From assembly GCA_963763775.1 (NCBI GenBank), contig CAVXPZ010000004.1:224001-288000 (forward strand): a stretch of 64,000 bases of DNA. Direction: 5' to 3'. Shown here one piece after another: positions 19,112 to 30,217 of this stretch (the stretch's first letter is position 1; each line of letters opens with the position of its first letter). This DNA comes from an uncultured Chloroflexia bacterium. Its GTDB lineage: Bacteria; Chloroflexota; Limnocylindria; Limnocylindrales; CSP1-4. The notes beneath the pieces were generated by a model. That model worked only from the letters and a program-made list of their open reading frames with translations. It was not told the origin of the DNA and searched no databases. A program made the translations under genes and the position numbers.

Positions 19112-19598
19112 CGGTGGCTCCGATCGGTCGAGTCAAGGGACGAGGCGGCAGCCGAGCCGCCGACGCGCGCGGTCCGCCGATCCAGGTCCGGAGCAGGAGG
19201 AACCGGACGACCGTCGCCGCGATGTTGGCCGTGACGAGGACGGCGATCTCGGTGGTCCGTCCCGCGGCCGGGGCCACCAGGCCAAGGAGGACGACCGAAC
19301 CGGACGTGATCCCGAGCGCGACGGCGAAGGCCACGAGTCCCGCGAGCTGGTCGCGCACGACCGTGTCGCGGTCGCGGATCCCGAAGGTCAGGCGCCGATT
19401 CGCCGCGGTGTTGCCGACGGCGGTGACGAGCAACGCCACCCCGTTCGACGCAAGCGGCGACGCGACCGTCCGCAGCAGGGCGTAGAGGATGACGTACGCG
19501 ATCGTGCTGACGACGCCGATGGCGGCGAATCGGATCAGCTGGCCGACCAGCGGCGACGTTCGAAGCCTGTCGGAACGGCCCGAGGCGAGGATCTGCAT
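19108..19598 (-). CDS. GtrA family protein (3' end uncertain, probable frameshift)
   Basis: QLIRFAAIGVVSTIAY, NTAANRRLTF, ANIAATVVRFLLLRTW. Confidence 0.8.
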
Positions 19599-19789
19599 GA
19601 CCCCGAGGCTGCGGCCGGAGTCTGAGCCGAACATGAGAGTCGAAACGGGCGTTGGCGGGTTGCGCCCGGGGGGTGGCGACCGTACGATGCGGTCACCCCG
19701 AGCCGACCACGTACGGGGCTCGTCCACGTTCCACTTCGGTGGCTGGATGCATGAGCCCGCGATGAGCGACCGGGAGCGGAGGTACTCGC

Positions 19790-20950
19790 ATGGCCACCGT
19801 GACGTTCGACAACGTCAACAAGATCTACGGCGACTTCCACGCCGTGAAGGATCTGAACCTCGAGATCGGGGATGGCGAGTTCATGGTCCTGGTCGGCCCG
19901 TCGGGCTGCGGCAAGACCACCAGCCTGCGGATGATCGCCGGGCTCGAGGAGATCTCGTCGGGTGAACTCCGCATCGGCGACCGCGTCGTCAACGACGTCC
20001 CGCCGAAGGATCGCGACATCGCGATGGTCTTCCAGAGCTATGCGCTGTACCCGCACATGTCGGTCCGCGAGAACCTCGCGTTCGGCCTGAAGCTGCGCAA
20101 GGTCCCCAAGCCGGAGATCGAGCGCCGGGTCAAGGAGGCCGCGGAGACCATCCAGCTCGAGAAGCTGCTCGACCGCAAGCCCAAGGAGCTCTCCGGCGGC
20201 CAGCGGCAGCGCGTCGCGCTCGGCCGGGCCATCGTCCGGGAGCCCGCGGTCTTCCTCATGGACGAGCCGCTCTCGAACCTCGATGCCAAGCTGCGCGTCC
20301 AGACGCGCGCCGAGATCGCCCGGCTGCACCAGCGTCTCGGGACCACGATGGTCTACGTCACGCACGACCAGATCGAAGCCATGACGATGGGCACGCGCAT
20401 CGCGGTCATGAGCGAGGGGATCCTCCAGCAGGTCGGGGCGCCGCAGGTGCTGTACGACACACCGATCAACCGCTTCGTCGCCGGCTTCATCGGGAGCCCG
20501 TCGATGAACTTCGTCGAGGTCAAGCTCGACGGCTCCGGGCAGGGCGCGAGCCTCGTCGGCCCGGCCGACTGGCGGATCCCGCTGCCGGACCGCTATCGCG
20601 AGGCCGCCGGCCCAACGACCGGCAAGGTGCACGTCGTCGGGTTCCGGCCGGAGCACCTCGACATCGGCGAGGCCGGTCCCGGCCAGGGCTCGTTCCGGGC
20701 TCGCGCCGACGTCGTCGAGTACCTCGGCAACGAGGAGCTCCTGCACCTGAGCGCCGCCGACGCGGACATCGTGGCGATCGTCAGCTCCGAGCACCACGTC
20801 CGCACCGGCGACATCGTGAACATGGTCGTGCCGCTCGACAAGCTCCACGTCTTCGACGCGGAGACCGGCCACTCGATCGCGCCGGACCTCGCGCCCCTCG
20901 CGGCGGCCATCCCCGCCACGCCGGCGCCGGCGGCGGCGGCCGTCAGCTGA
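19790..20950 (+). CDS. Sugar ABC transporter ATP-binding protein (MalK/MsiK/UgpC type)
   Basis: GPSGCGKT, VFQSYALYPHM, LSGGQRQR, MDEPLSNLDAKLR, TOBE C-terminus. Confidence 0.95.
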   Translation: MATVTFDNVNKIYGDFHAVKDLNLEIGDGEFMVLVGPSGCGKTTSLRMIAGLEEISSGELRIGDRVVNDVPPKDRDIAMVFQSYALYPHMSVRENLAFGLKLRKVPKPEIERRVKEAAETIQLEKLLDRKPKELSGGQRQRVALGRAIVREPAVFLMDEPLSNLDAKLRVQTRAEIARLHQRLGTTMVYVTHDQIEAMTMGTRIAVMSEGILQQVGAPQVLYDTPINRFVAGFIGSPSMNFVEVKLDGSGQGASLVGPADWRIPLPDRYREAAGPTTGKVHVVGFRPEHLDIGEAGPGQGSFRARADVVEYLGNEELLHLSAADADIVAIVSSEHHVRTGDIVNMVVPLDKLHVFDAETGHSIAPDLAPLAAAIPATPAPAAAAVS

Positions 20951-21024
20951 ACGACGAGGCGGATCCGTCCGCTTCAGCCTCGGCCCCGGAGGACACCTCC
21001 GGGGCCGATCTCATCGAACGCGTC

Positions 21025-21570
21025 GTGGATTCCCGGGTCATCCACGAGGGGCGCTACCTGACCTTCCGGGTCGATACCGTCGAGCGCGCCGACGGGTCGC
21101 GCTCGACCCGCGATGTCGCCGGCCACCCGGGCGCGGTCGCGATCGTGGCGGTCGACGACGAGGACCGCGTGCTCCTTGTCCGGCAGTTCCGGCTGCCCGC
21201 CGGGGGCGTGCTGCTCGAGATCCCCGCCGGGACGCTGGACCGCGATCCTGATGGGGCCATCGAGGACCCGTTCGTGGCGGCCCAGCGCGAGCTAGAGGAA
21301 GAGACCGGGATGCGGGCCGGCACGTGGGAGAGCGTCGGGTCGTGGTACTCCGCGCCGGGCTTCACCGAGGAGCGGATGCACCTGTTCTTCGCGAGGGACC
21401 TCGAGCCGGCCGGCGAGGATCGGCTCACGCCCGATCACGACGAGTTCCTGCTCCTCGACCGCCGGCCCTGGCGCGACGCCGTCGCCGCCGTGGAGCGCGG
21501 CGAGATCGTCGACGCCAAGTCGATCGTCGGCCTCTTCTGGCTCGCCCGTCGACGCGAGGCGGCCGGCTGA
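21025..21570 (+). CDS. NUDIX hydrolase (ADP-ribose pyrophosphatase-like); start may be the in-frame CTG at 20947
   Basis: HPGAVAI, VRQFR, EIPAG...AAQRELEEETG, APGFTEE, IVDAKS. Confidence 0.9.
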   Translation: MDSRVIHEGRYLTFRVDTVERADGSRSTRDVAGHPGAVAIVAVDDEDRVLLVRQFRLPAGGVLLEIPAGTLDRDPDGAIEDPFVAAQRELEEETGMRAGTWESVGSWYSAPGFTEERMHLFFARDLEPAGEDRLTPDHDEFLLLDRRPWRDAVAAVERGEIVDAKSIVGLFWLARRREAAG

Positions 21571-22481
21571 TGCCGACGTTGGCCGCCGTCGTCCGCCCCG
21601 CCCGCGCGAGCGACGAGGCGGGCCTGCGTGACGTCATGGAGGCGAGTCTGGCGACCGACGCGATCCCGGGGTTCCTCCGCTCGGATATCGAGCGCGCCCT
21701 GGTCCGCATCGTCCCCGATCCCGCGGGCACCGTGGTCGCCGTGGAGGACGGGCGCGTCGTCGGCTACTGCACGCCGCACCACGACGACCTGACCGTGCAT
21801 CCGGCGTTCCGCCGACGCGGGCACGCTCGACGACTCGTCCCGGCCGCGATCGAGCTCGTCCGTGAACGCGGCCACGATGAGCTCCAGCTCTACGTGCCCT
21901 CGCACCTGCCGGCGTCGCAGGCCTTCGCGGCAGCACTCGGGTTCCGGTACCGCTCGAGCCTCTGGCAGTTCCGCCTTCGCGACGGTCATATGGTGTCCGA
22001 GCCCCACTTCCCGCCCGAGGTCGTGACGCGACCGTTCGATCCGACACTCGATGGCGATATCGACGCCTGGGTCGCGTTCATGCTCGCGGCCTTCGACGGG
22101 CACCCGACGCCGATGACGTGGACGCCCGCGGTCATCGCGCATGTCAACGCGTCCAGCGACTTCGACCCCACGGCCATCCTGCTGGTCGCCCCCGCCGACG
22201 ACCCCACACGACCCGTCGGATTCGCGCGGATCGAGACGGCGCTGGATGAAGCCGGCGCCGTCGTCGGCGACGTCGGGCTGATCGGGGTGCTGCCGGCCTG
22301 GCGCGGACGCGGGCTGGGCCGCGAATTGCTGCGGTGGAGCGTGTCCGACCTGCGGCGGCGCGGTGCCAAGACGATCGAGCTGTCGGTCGAGGCCGCCAAC
22401 GAGCGCGCGACGACCCTGTATCGGGCCCACGGCTTCGAACCGGCGATCGAGTGGCCGCACTGGGTGCTGCCGGCTCGCTGA
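21570..22481 (+). CDS. Tandem GNAT N-acetyltransferase (MshD-like architecture)
   Basis: Two acetyl-CoA motifs VHPAFRRRGHA and VLPAWRGRGLG; NERATTLYRAHGF. Confidence 0.85.
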   Translation: MPTLAAVVRPARASDEAGLRDVMEASLATDAIPGFLRSDIERALVRIVPDPAGTVVAVEDGRVVGYCTPHHDDLTVHPAFRRRGHARRLVPAAIELVRERGHDELQLYVPSHLPASQAFAAALGFRYRSSLWQFRLRDGHMVSEPHFPPEVVTRPFDPTLDGDIDAWVAFMLAAFDGHPTPMTWTPAVIAHVNASSDFDPTAILLVAPADDPTRPVGFARIETALDEAGAVVGDVGLIGVLPAWRGRGLGRELLRWSVSDLRRRGAKTIELSVEAANERATTLYRAHGFEPAIEWPHWVLPAR

Positions 22482-22763
22482 GCCAGGCCGGCGAGGGCGT
22501 CGACCCGGGCGGCGGCGAGGGCCACCGAGCGCATTCCCGGCCGATATGCACCAGGTGCGTGGTATCCGAGCCGACAGGCCCCACACCCATCGATCGGCAC
22601 CGGTTTGACGATCCTGGCTGCACGGTTTCGCATCAAGGTTGCGGTCCTTGGCGACCGGGAGATCGACCGGATGGCGCGTAACAGTCACCAGGTGACTCAA
22701 GGCCGGGGCGACGCTTCGCGACCCCGGCGGCGCCGTTGGGCCAGGCCCCGCGCCGCGGATCCC

Positions 22764-23171
22764 TCAGGACCCGAGGCGAGCCAGCGCGTCCCGGTACAGC
22801 GTCGTCCCGGGGCTGAGCGCCACCGCCAGCCGCAAGTGCGTGCCCGCCTCGGCACGCCGGCCGAGGCGCTTCAGGCTCTGCCCCAGCGCGAAGTGCGCGT
22901 AGTGCGCGGACGGGTCGAGTTCGAGCACCCGCTCGAAGATCGCTCGGGCCATCTCCGGCTGGTTCGAGTTGAAGTAGGCCCGCCCGAGCGCCTCGAGGAT
23001 CGACGCCTTCCCCGGCTCGAGCCGGTCCGCTCGCTCCAGGACGATCGCCGCCTGGGCGTGATGCCGGCCCGCGAGCAGCTCGTGGCCACGCTGGAACAGG
23101 TCGTAGGCGGTCTCGGACTCCGGCTCCTCGCCCGGCTGGCGGGCGGTGGGAGCGTCGCGCTCGTCGTCCAT
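22764..23171 (-). CDS. Tetratricopeptide repeat protein
   Basis: TPR-like helices ILEALGRAYF...ARAIFERVLELDPSAHYAHFALG. Confidence 0.82.
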   Translation of the reverse strand: MDDERDAPTARQPGEEPESETAYDLFQRGHELLAGRHHAQAAIVLERADRLEPGKASILEALGRAYFNSNQPEMARAIFERVLELDPSAHYAHFALGQSLKRLGRRAEAGTHLRLAVALSPGTTLYRDALARLGS

Positions 23172-23458
23172 GTGGTCGATGGTCGCACGGAAGCCCGGAT
23201 CACGGCCAAGCGTGCCGGTTCGCGCCGACCTCACGTCGATGATCGCGCTCGACGGCAGTCGTGGCGACGCTCACCTTCGGACCCGTCCTATGGCTCGTGG
23301 GTGTGGGGCTCGTCGTGGCCCTCCTCGCCTGGATGGCGTCGCTCGCCCTCGCGTTCGCGGCGTCAGCCCCGCAGGTGGCGTGGGCGTGACGGACGGCGAA
23401 CTGGTGATCGCCGCGGATCACCGGGCGGCGACCCGCGCACCGTGGATCGGAGCCGCGG

Positions 23459-24487
23459 CTACGGCTCTCGGTACGCCCCGAGGTCCACGGGGCGCAGGCG
23501 CGGCGAATCGGTCAGCCCGGGGATGCGCCCACGCTTGGCGATGGGGCGGCCGTCGATCTCCTTGATGTCGCCCGTGAAGTCGATCGGCGTCGCCCCGCTG
23601 ATGTACGACCCGACCGCATACGAGTCGACCGGCGCACCGGCCTCCTTGAAGTACCCGATCCGATCGGGCGTGAGGCCCCCGGACACCACGACCTTCACGT
23701 GGTGGAACCCGGCCTGGTCGAGCCGCGCCCGCACCTCATGGACCAGGTCGGCCGTGACGCGGCCGCGCTCGGACGGGGTGTCGAGTCGGACGCCGTACAG
23801 CCGGTCGCCGAGGGCGTGGGCGACGCGGAGCGCCTCCTCGGCCTCGTCCTTGAACGTGTCCACGAGCACGATCCGGGGCACTTCGGGGCCGATATGCCGG
23901 TCGAACGCGAGCGCCGCCTCGACGGTGTCGCCGAAGATCAGCACCAGCGAGTGCGGCATCGTGCCCGTCGGCGCCAGCCCGGCGAGCCGCGCCCCCGCGG
24001 GCGTGGACGCGCCGACGCAGCCGCCGATGATGGCGGCGTAGTCGAGCACGTCGGTGATGTCAGGATGGATGTGCCGGGCACCGAAGCTGATGACCGGGTC
24101 CGGAGCCGCGGCTCGCACGCAATCGCGGGCGGCGGTCGCCCACCCGGTGGACTGCGCCAGCATCCCGAGGACCGCGGTCTCGTACAGCCCGAACCGGCGA
24201 TACCGAGCCCGGATCCGCAGCACGACCTCCTTCGGCGAGATCGCGTCGCCGTCGTCGAGCGACTCGAGGCACGTCTCGTCGAGGTCGGCCGTCGCGAGCA
24301 CGTGGCCGAGGAGGTTCTTCGCCTCGTCGATGCCGCACAGGACGGCGTCCTCGCGCGCGAAGACCTCCATCGTCACGAGCGGGTCGAGCCCCTCGGACTC
24401 GAGGATCGTGTCCGCGCGGGCGAAGTACACGTCCGCGGAATCACCGGACAGGATCTCGTGCGACGGTCGTGCTCGCTGCATCCCCAT
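23459..24487 (-). CDS. pncB: Nicotinate phosphoribosyltransferase
   Basis: ADVYF, SFGARH, GTMPHS, LVDTFKDE, GVRLDTP, VSGGL, DFTGDIKE, AKRGR. Confidence 0.85.
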   Translation of the reverse strand: MGMQRARPSHEILSGDSADVYFARADTILESEGLDPLVTMEVFAREDAVLCGIDEAKNLLGHVLATADLDETCLESLDDGDAISPKEVVLRIRARYRRFGLYETAVLGMLAQSTGWATAARDCVRAAAPDPVISFGARHIHPDITDVLDYAAIIGGCVGASTPAGARLAGLAPTGTMPHSLVLIFGDTVEAALAFDRHIGPEVPRIVLVDTFKDEAEEALRVAHALGDRLYGVRLDTPSERGRVTADLVHEVRARLDQAGFHHVKVVVSGGLTPDRIGYFKEAGAPVDSYAVGSYISGATPIDFTGDIKEIDGRPIAKRGRIPGLTDSPRLRPVDLGAYREP

Positions 24488-24617
24488 CAGGCCGGGTGGG
24501 CTCCTTGCTCTGGATGAGATCGCCACGACCCCGGGCGCCGGGGCGGAGGTGCCGCGGAGTGTATCGCACGTCCCCCTCGACGCGGCACCCGGGCGGCCGG
24601 CTGCGGCTCCCGAGCGG

Positions 24618-26732
24618 TCAGTGCTTGATGAGGTGGGCGTGCATCCGGTGGCGACGGCGACGGCGGCGGCCGAACACGAACGCGACGATGAGCAGGCCCG
24701 TCAGCACCACGGCCAGGAGGAGCACCGCGAGGCTCATCGCGCGGCCCTGCCCCACCGCGCCGGCCCCCGTCCAGGCGGCGGCGGCCGAGTCCGCGTCCTG
24801 GGCGACCTTCGCGAGATCGCCGCTGGCGAACGCCTCCCGGGCGCTCGCGAGGTCGGCGTCGGGTGAGACGTCCATCAGCCCGAGCGCTGTGAACGGACCA
24901 TCGCCGGTCGGCCGGCTGGCGACCGCCGCCGTGTAGTGGTCGATGGCCTGGAGCTCGGCGGTCGCCTCGGCCGTCGCGCCCGCGAGCCCGGCATCGCCCT
25001 CGAAGGCCGCCTGCATCGCGGAAGGCGGCGTCAGCCCCGCGTCGGTCGCGGCCTGCTCGACGGCGGATCGCTGGTCGAGCACGGTCCCGACCTGGTCGAG
25101 GAGGGCCGTGGCGTCGTCGAAGCGCCAGGCTCGCATCGCGTCGCGGATCGCGCGGGGCAGCTGCCAGTCGCCGGCCTCCGCGACCACGGCGTCGTACCGC
25201 GTGCGCGCCGCGGCACGGGCGTCGAGCAGCGGCAGGTCGGTGTCGCGCGCGACCCACGTCCGCCAGAGGTCGTCGTAGTCGGCGCTCGTCCGCGCCTCGA
25301 GGAGATCGAGGAACCCTCGCCAGTCCGGTGGTCCGTCGACCAGCTCGGGCGCCGCGTTCCCGGTGCTCGCCGCATTCCCCGCGCCCGTCCCGGTCCCCGC
25401 CGTCGCACCGGTCCCCGCGCTCGCACCGGCCCTGGTCGCCGGCGTCCCGCCGGCCGGCGGCTGATACGCCCCGATGCGTCCCGCGGCGTCGGCCCAGACC
25501 GCCTGCAGCCCGTCGTCCCCGGCTCGCTTGGCGATGGCCCGAGCGAGGGCCAGCGTTGCCGCGTAGGCGTAGTCCTCGGTGGCGGCCGACTCCCGACCGA
25601 CCGCTCCCCACGCGTTGAGGGGGATCTTCGACTTCTCGAGCTTGGGCGTCATCACATCGCCGGTCGCCTTGACCTTGAGCGCCTTGGCCGCCTCGAGGCC
25701 GTAGTACGAGGCGAAGGCCTCGTTCGCCCAGCGGTCGGCGAGGAGCGCCCCGTTGAACCAGCTGTGCGCCGACTCGTGGAGGACGACGAAGTCGTTGGCG
25801 TAGTAGGCGATCTCGACGAGCCCCTTGGCGGGATCGAAGAGCCCGGCGTAGCCCCCGGTCGACCGACTCACCGCTTCCTGGACGACGAGCGGCTCGGTGC
25901 GCGGCCACGGCAGCCCGATGGCGGTGCTCAGCGCCGGCAGCCCGCGGGCCACGAGGTCGCCGACCTTCTTGCGCCAGGCCTTGTCCTCCGGCCAGGAGCG
26001 GACGGTCAACGCGACGGGGGTCCCGGCGATGACCGGCTTGACGGTCGTGGTGGCGTACGCCCCGGGGCGGTCGCCCACGAGGAACGCGTAGAACGACAGC
26101 GGCTGGGCGAGGCGCCCGGTCCGGAACACCGTGCGGCTCTTCGCATCGGTGCTCGGCGCCGGGATCCGGCCGCCTTCGACGTCGACCCGATAGCCCGCCG
26201 GGAACGTGACCGTGACGCTGCCGCCCGGCGTGGCGTCGCTGGCGAACGCCCAGACGGGGAACGACACGAGCGAGTCCCCGATGCGGATGTTCCGCGTGGG
26301 CTTGCCGCCTGGATCCGCGATGTCGAACCGGAGCGTGACCTTGGCCGACTGCCCGCCGTACAGGCGTTTCGCGAGGCCGAGCCGCAGGATCGTGTAGTCC
26401 TTCGTGCGCTTCGACGCGCGGACGCTCGGCGACCCGCTCCCGGCCCAGGTCAGGTGGTACGCCGACGACTGTGGCATCACCGCGAGGAAGCCGTGGTCGA
26501 AGTAGTAGCGGGTGGTCTTGGTGTCCTTGAGGTGATTCGCGAGCGTGAGGTCGACCGTGACCCGGACGCGGTGCTGGGCGGGTTGGACCACGTACCGGGC
26601 GTCGCCGGTGATGGTCAGGTCCGGCGTGGCCGCGCGGACCTCCGCCGTCGACCCGGGTGCGGCGAGCAGCCCGACCGCCGCGACGATCGCGAGCAGGAGC
26701 GACAGCATGCGCGTCGAACCCGGGCGCCTCAT
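24618..26732 (-). CDS. Secreted, C-terminally membrane-anchored gluzincin (M1/MA-like) metallopeptidase
   Basis: Signal peptide; VLHESAHSWF...WANEAFASY (HExxH...E); C-terminal TM followed by RRRRRR. Confidence 0.75.
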   Translation of the reverse strand: MRRPGSTRMLSLLLAIVAAVGLLAAPGSTAEVRAATPDLTITGDARYVVQPAQHRVRVTVDLTLANHLKDTKTTRYYFDHGFLAVMPQSSAYHLTWAGSGSPSVRASKRTKDYTILRLGLAKRLYGGQSAKVTLRFDIADPGGKPTRNIRIGDSLVSFPVWAFASDATPGGSVTVTFPAGYRVDVEGGRIPAPSTDAKSRTVFRTGRLAQPLSFYAFLVGDRPGAYATTTVKPVIAGTPVALTVRSWPEDKAWRKKVGDLVARGLPALSTAIGLPWPRTEPLVVQEAVSRSTGGYAGLFDPAKGLVEIAYYANDFVVLHESAHSWFNGALLADRWANEAFASYYGLEAAKALKVKATGDVMTPKLEKSKIPLNAWGAVGRESAATEDYAYAATLALARAIAKRAGDDGLQAVWADAAGRIGAYQPPAGGTPATRAGASAGTGATAGTGTGAGNAASTGNAAPELVDGPPDWRGFLDLLEARTSADYDDLWRTWVARDTDLPLLDARAAARTRYDAVVAEAGDWQLPRAIRDAMRAWRFDDATALLDQVGTVLDQRSAVEQAATDAGLTPPSAMQAAFEGDAGLAGATAEATAELQAIDHYTAAVASRPTGDGPFTALGLMDVSPDADLASAREAFASGDLAKVAQDADSAAAAWTGAGAVGQGRAMSLAVLLLAVVLTGLLIVAFVFGRRRRRRHRMHAHLIKH

Positions 26733-27259
26733 CCCGCGAACAGCTCCGGCAGCCGACCCGCGAACCGCTCGAGGAGCGCCGCGTTCCGCGAGACCCGATC
26801 GGCCTGGCCGGGCGGGACCTTGCCGCCGATCCAGATCCAGCCGATCGATTCGTCGAACAGTCGGTCCGAGATGCCCACCACCCGAGCGAGCGCCAGCCCC
26901 AGTCCGTCGGCGTCGGCCGCCGCCATCGGCATCTCGACCGCGAGCACCGGGCGCTCGTCCTCGCTGACGCTGAACTTCGCGAACGGGAACTCGTCGTTCC
27001 AGCGCAGGAGCTTCCGATACGACTTGCGGAACATGTCGTTGAGCGGCGGCGCGTAGTGCGCCCAGACGATGACCGCGAGCGACGGGTCGAGGATGACCGT
27101 CACGCGGAGGTCGAATCGGCGGCGGCCGTCGAGGACGAGATCCCAGGAGGCGATCCCCTCGCGTTCGGCTCGTTCGACCGGTTCGAGGCCCAGGTCGGCG
27201 AGCCAGCGCTCGACGTCGGCCGGGCGCACGGCGGGAGCGCCGGGGTCGGCGTATGGCAT
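26729..27259 (-). CDS. YbjN-domain protein
   Basis: YRKLLRWNDEFPFAKFSVSED pattern typical of the YbjN/chaperone-like fold. Confidence 0.65.
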   Translation of the reverse strand: MPYADPGAPAVRPADVERWLADLGLEPVERAEREGIASWDLVLDGRRRFDLRVTVILDPSLAVIVWAHYAPPLNDMFRKSYRKLLRWNDEFPFAKFSVSEDERPVLAVEMPMAAADADGLGLALARVVGISDRLFDESIGWIWIGGKVPPGQADRVSRNAALLERFAGRLPELFAG

Positions 27260-27314
27260 GGCCCGCGGAGTCTAGCCGAGAACCGTCCGGGACCGCCTCA
27301 GCAAGGGCGCGCGG

Positions 27315-28658
27315 TCACTCGTCGGGGTCGCGCCGCTTGTTCCGCGATGCGCCGACGATCACGCGTGGCGCACCAGGTTCGAGATCGCGGGCGCGGCCGG
27401 CCGCGGCCTTCGGCTCCACCGACTCGCCGCTGCGCACGACCCGTCCGACGAAGTCGGAACTCCGGATGTCAGCGGCCACGCGCACATTCCGCCCGATGCG
27501 GACGCTGCGAGGGATGACCGCGCGCTTGCCGACCACCGTGATGCCGGTGTTCAGCCGGCCGGGCTCCTGCTTGTTGGGCTTGTCGGGGAAGGGTCCATCG
27601 CCGACGAGGGCCCCCTGCCCGACGACGACCTCCTTGTCGAGGATCGCCCGGTCGACGACGGCGCCCGAGCGGATGACCGAGTCGAACATGACGATCGAAT
27701 CGCGCACGACCGCGCCCACGCCGACACGGACCCCCGGGGACAGCACCGAGTTCACGACGGTGCCCTCGATCACGCAGCCGTGGCTGATGAGGCTGCGATG
27801 GACCTGGGCCGTGGGCCCGACCTTCGCCGGCGCGCGCTCTTCCGAGCGGGTGTGGATGATCCAGTCCTTGTCGTACAGGTCCAGCTCGGGGCCGTCCTCG
27901 AGGAGCGCCATGTTGGCCTCCCAGTACGACTGGATCGTCCCCACGTCCTGCCAGTAGCCGTTGTAGCGGTACCCGTAGACCCTCGCCCCGGCCTCGAGCA
28001 TCGCCGGGATGACATTCGCCCCGAAGTCGACGCGGTCCTCGCTCAGCCACCGGCGCAGCGTCTTCTTCGAGAAGACGTAGACGCCCATCGACGCGAGGTC
28101 GCTCTTGGGCTGCTTCGGCTTCTCCTGCCACTCGGTGACTCGGTCCTGCTCGTCGAGCGCGAGGATCCCCATCCGCGAGGCCTCGGCGAGGGGCACCCGG
28201 CGGACCGCGATCGTGACGTCGGCGCGGTGCCGGCGATGCGCGGCGACGAATGGCTGGTAATCCATCTTGTAGATGTGGTCGCCGGCGAGCACGAGCACCG
28301 TGTCCGCCGAGTCGTGCTCGATGACGTTGAGGTTGCGCAGGACGGCGTCGGCCGTGCCCCGATACCACTCGGCGACCCGGCCGCGGGCGATGTACGGCTG
28401 GAGCAGCTTGACGCCGCCGGTGTTGCGGTCGAGGTCCCATGGCCGCCCGAGGCCGATGTGGTCGTTGAGGGACCGTGGGTTGTACTGGGTCAGGACGACG
28501 ACGTCATCGACGTCGGAGTTGATGCAGTTGGACAGCGTGAAATCGATGATCCGGTACTTGCCGCCGAACGGGACCGCGGGCTTGGCCCGTTCCTGGGACA
28601 GGATGGACAGCCGCTCGCCCTCCCCGCCGGCGAGGATCACCGCCATCGTCCGCTTCAT
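27315..28658 (-). CDS. glgC: Glucose-1-phosphate adenylyltransferase
   Basis: [60 protein letters not shown]. Confidence 0.96.
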   Translation of the reverse strand: MKRTMAVILAGGEGERLSILSQERAKPAVPFGGKYRIIDFTLSNCINSDVDDVVVLTQYNPRSLNDHIGLGRPWDLDRNTGGVKLLQPYIARGRVAEWYRGTADAVLRNLNVIEHDSADTVLVLAGDHIYKMDYQPFVAAHRRHRADVTIAVRRVPLAEASRMGILALDEQDRVTEWQEKPKQPKSDLASMGVYVFSKKTLRRWLSEDRVDFGANVIPAMLEAGARVYGYRYNGYWQDVGTIQSYWEANMALLEDGPELDLYDKDWIIHTRSEERAPAKVGPTAQVHRSLISHGCVIEGTVVNSVLSPGVRVGVGAVVRDSIVMFDSVIRSGAVVDRAILDKEVVVGQGALVGDGPFPDKPNKQEPGRLNTGITVVGKRAVIPRSVRIGRNVRVAADIRSSDFVGRVVRSGESVEPKAAAGRARDLEPGAPRVIVGASRNKRRDPDE

Positions 28659-28795
28659 CGGTCCCGCCTCCAGTCCTGGGAACCTGAGCCCGTGGGACGC
28701 GCCCCGTGCGCCGATGCTAGCACGGGCATCCCCGGCGTCGGTGAACGGGGTGTTCGCAGCGGGTCAACAGCGCGAGGACCTCGCGCGACCGGACG

Positions 28796-30217
28796 CTAGA
28801 GGAACAGTCGCGGGTTGACGAAGGTCCCGTTCAACATCACCGCCCAGTGGAGGTGGGCGCCCGTGGAGTGCCCCGTGTTCCCCTCGTAGCCGATGACCTG
28901 CCCGGCGTGCACGTGGCTGCCCTGCCCGATGTTGCCTGGGTATGCGGGCTTCATGTGCGCATACCAGGTCTGCAGGTTGGAGCTGTGCGCGATGATCACG
29001 ATCCAGGCCGGGTCGGCGCCGTCGGCGTAGTTCCAGCCGATGTATGCGATGACGCCGTCGCCCGAGGCGCGCACCTTCGTCCCCGACGGCGCCACGATGT
29101 CGATGCCGCGGTGGAAGTGGGCGCAGCTGCCCAGCGGCGGCTCCCAGGTGAACCCGGTGCACCCGAAGTTCTGGGTCACCGTGCCGGACATCGGCCACTG
29201 GAGCGTGCCGTTGTAGTCGGACGGGATGTTGCCCTGCTGGGTCTGCTTGCGGACGATCGCGGCGATCTTGCCGGCCAGCCGCTTCTGCGCGGCAGCCGCC
29301 GCGGCCAGCGCGCGTTTCGCGTTCTTCTTGTTCGCGTTGATCTTGGCGTAGGTCGCGCGCTGCGCCGCCAGGTTCTTCTGGGTGGCCCGCTCGAGCTTGC
29401 GCAGCTCCGCCTTCGCGACCTTGAGCTCGCCCAGGCTCGCGTCGAGCTCGCGCTTCTGCGCGGCGGTGTCGAGTCGCAGGCTGTTCGTGCGGTCGCGGGT
29501 GTCGCCGACCGTCTCGTGGAGCGCGGCCAGCGTCTCCTGGTCGCGCGAGATCTGCTCGGCCAGGGCCTTGTCCTGTTCCCCGACGTCAAGGTAGTAGCTC
29601 ATCTGCGTGAGCATGTCGGTGAAGGTCTGGCCGGACAGGAACGACTCGAGCATGGACGTCCGGTCCGTGTCATAGGCGCTGCGGAGCCGGTCGGCGAGGA
29701 GGCCCTGCCGCTCGCGCAGCTCCTCCTTCTTCACCGTCTCGCGAGACTCGTAGAACAACAGCAGCCGGTCGAGCTTCGCGAGGTCGTTCACGAGGCCGTC
29801 GTACTTCGACTGCACGACCGCGATGCGGTCGCCCATCCGCGTGATCTTGCGGCGGACGACCGTGAGGTCGGCGTTGATGCCCGCGAGCTGATGCCGGGTC
29901 GAGGCGATCTCCGCGGCGAGCCCGCGCTGCAGCGCCTCGAGCTGCTTGACCTGCGCTTTCTGGTCGGCGACTTCCTTCTTCTGCTGGGCGAGCCGGGCCC
30001 GCGCGTCGCTCAATTCGTCGCCCTGGGCCGCCGGCGGGTTCACCGGAGCGCCGAGGAGGCCGAACACGAACGGCATGAGCAGGAGGAGCGCCACGATCCG
30101 TCGGTTCGAGGGACCCCGCCGCGGCCTGGGCGCCGACGCCCACCCCGAGCCATCCGGCAGCGACGGCACCAGCGGCACGATGGGCGGCGTGGTCAGCGTC
30201 GGACGGTCGCGGTCCAT
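28796..30217 (-). CDS. Coiled-coil M23 peptidase (murein hydrolase/EnvC-like); start uncertain
   Basis: TM/signal, long coiled coil, [29 protein letters not shown]. Confidence 0.9.
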   Translation of the reverse strand: MDRDRPTLTTPPIVPLVPSLPDGSGWASAPRPRRGPSNRRIVALLLLMPFVFGLLGAPVNPPAAQGDELSDARARLAQQKKEVADQKAQVKQLEALQRGLAAEIASTRHQLAGINADLTVVRRKITRMGDRIAVVQSKYDGLVNDLAKLDRLLLFYESRETVKKEELRERQGLLADRLRSAYDTDRTSMLESFLSGQTFTDMLTQMSYYLDVGEQDKALAEQISRDQETLAALHETVGDTRDRTNSLRLDTAAQKRELDASLGELKVAKAELRKLERATQKNLAAQRATYAKINANKKNAKRALAAAAAAQKRLAGKIAAIVRKQTQQGNIPSDYNGTLQWPMSGTVTQNFGCTGFTWEPPLGSCAHFHRGIDIVAPSGTKVRASGDGVIAYIGWNYADGADPAWIVIIAHSSNLQTWYAHMKPAYPGNIGQGSHVHAGQVIGYEGNTGHSTGAHLHWAVMLNGTFVNPRLFL

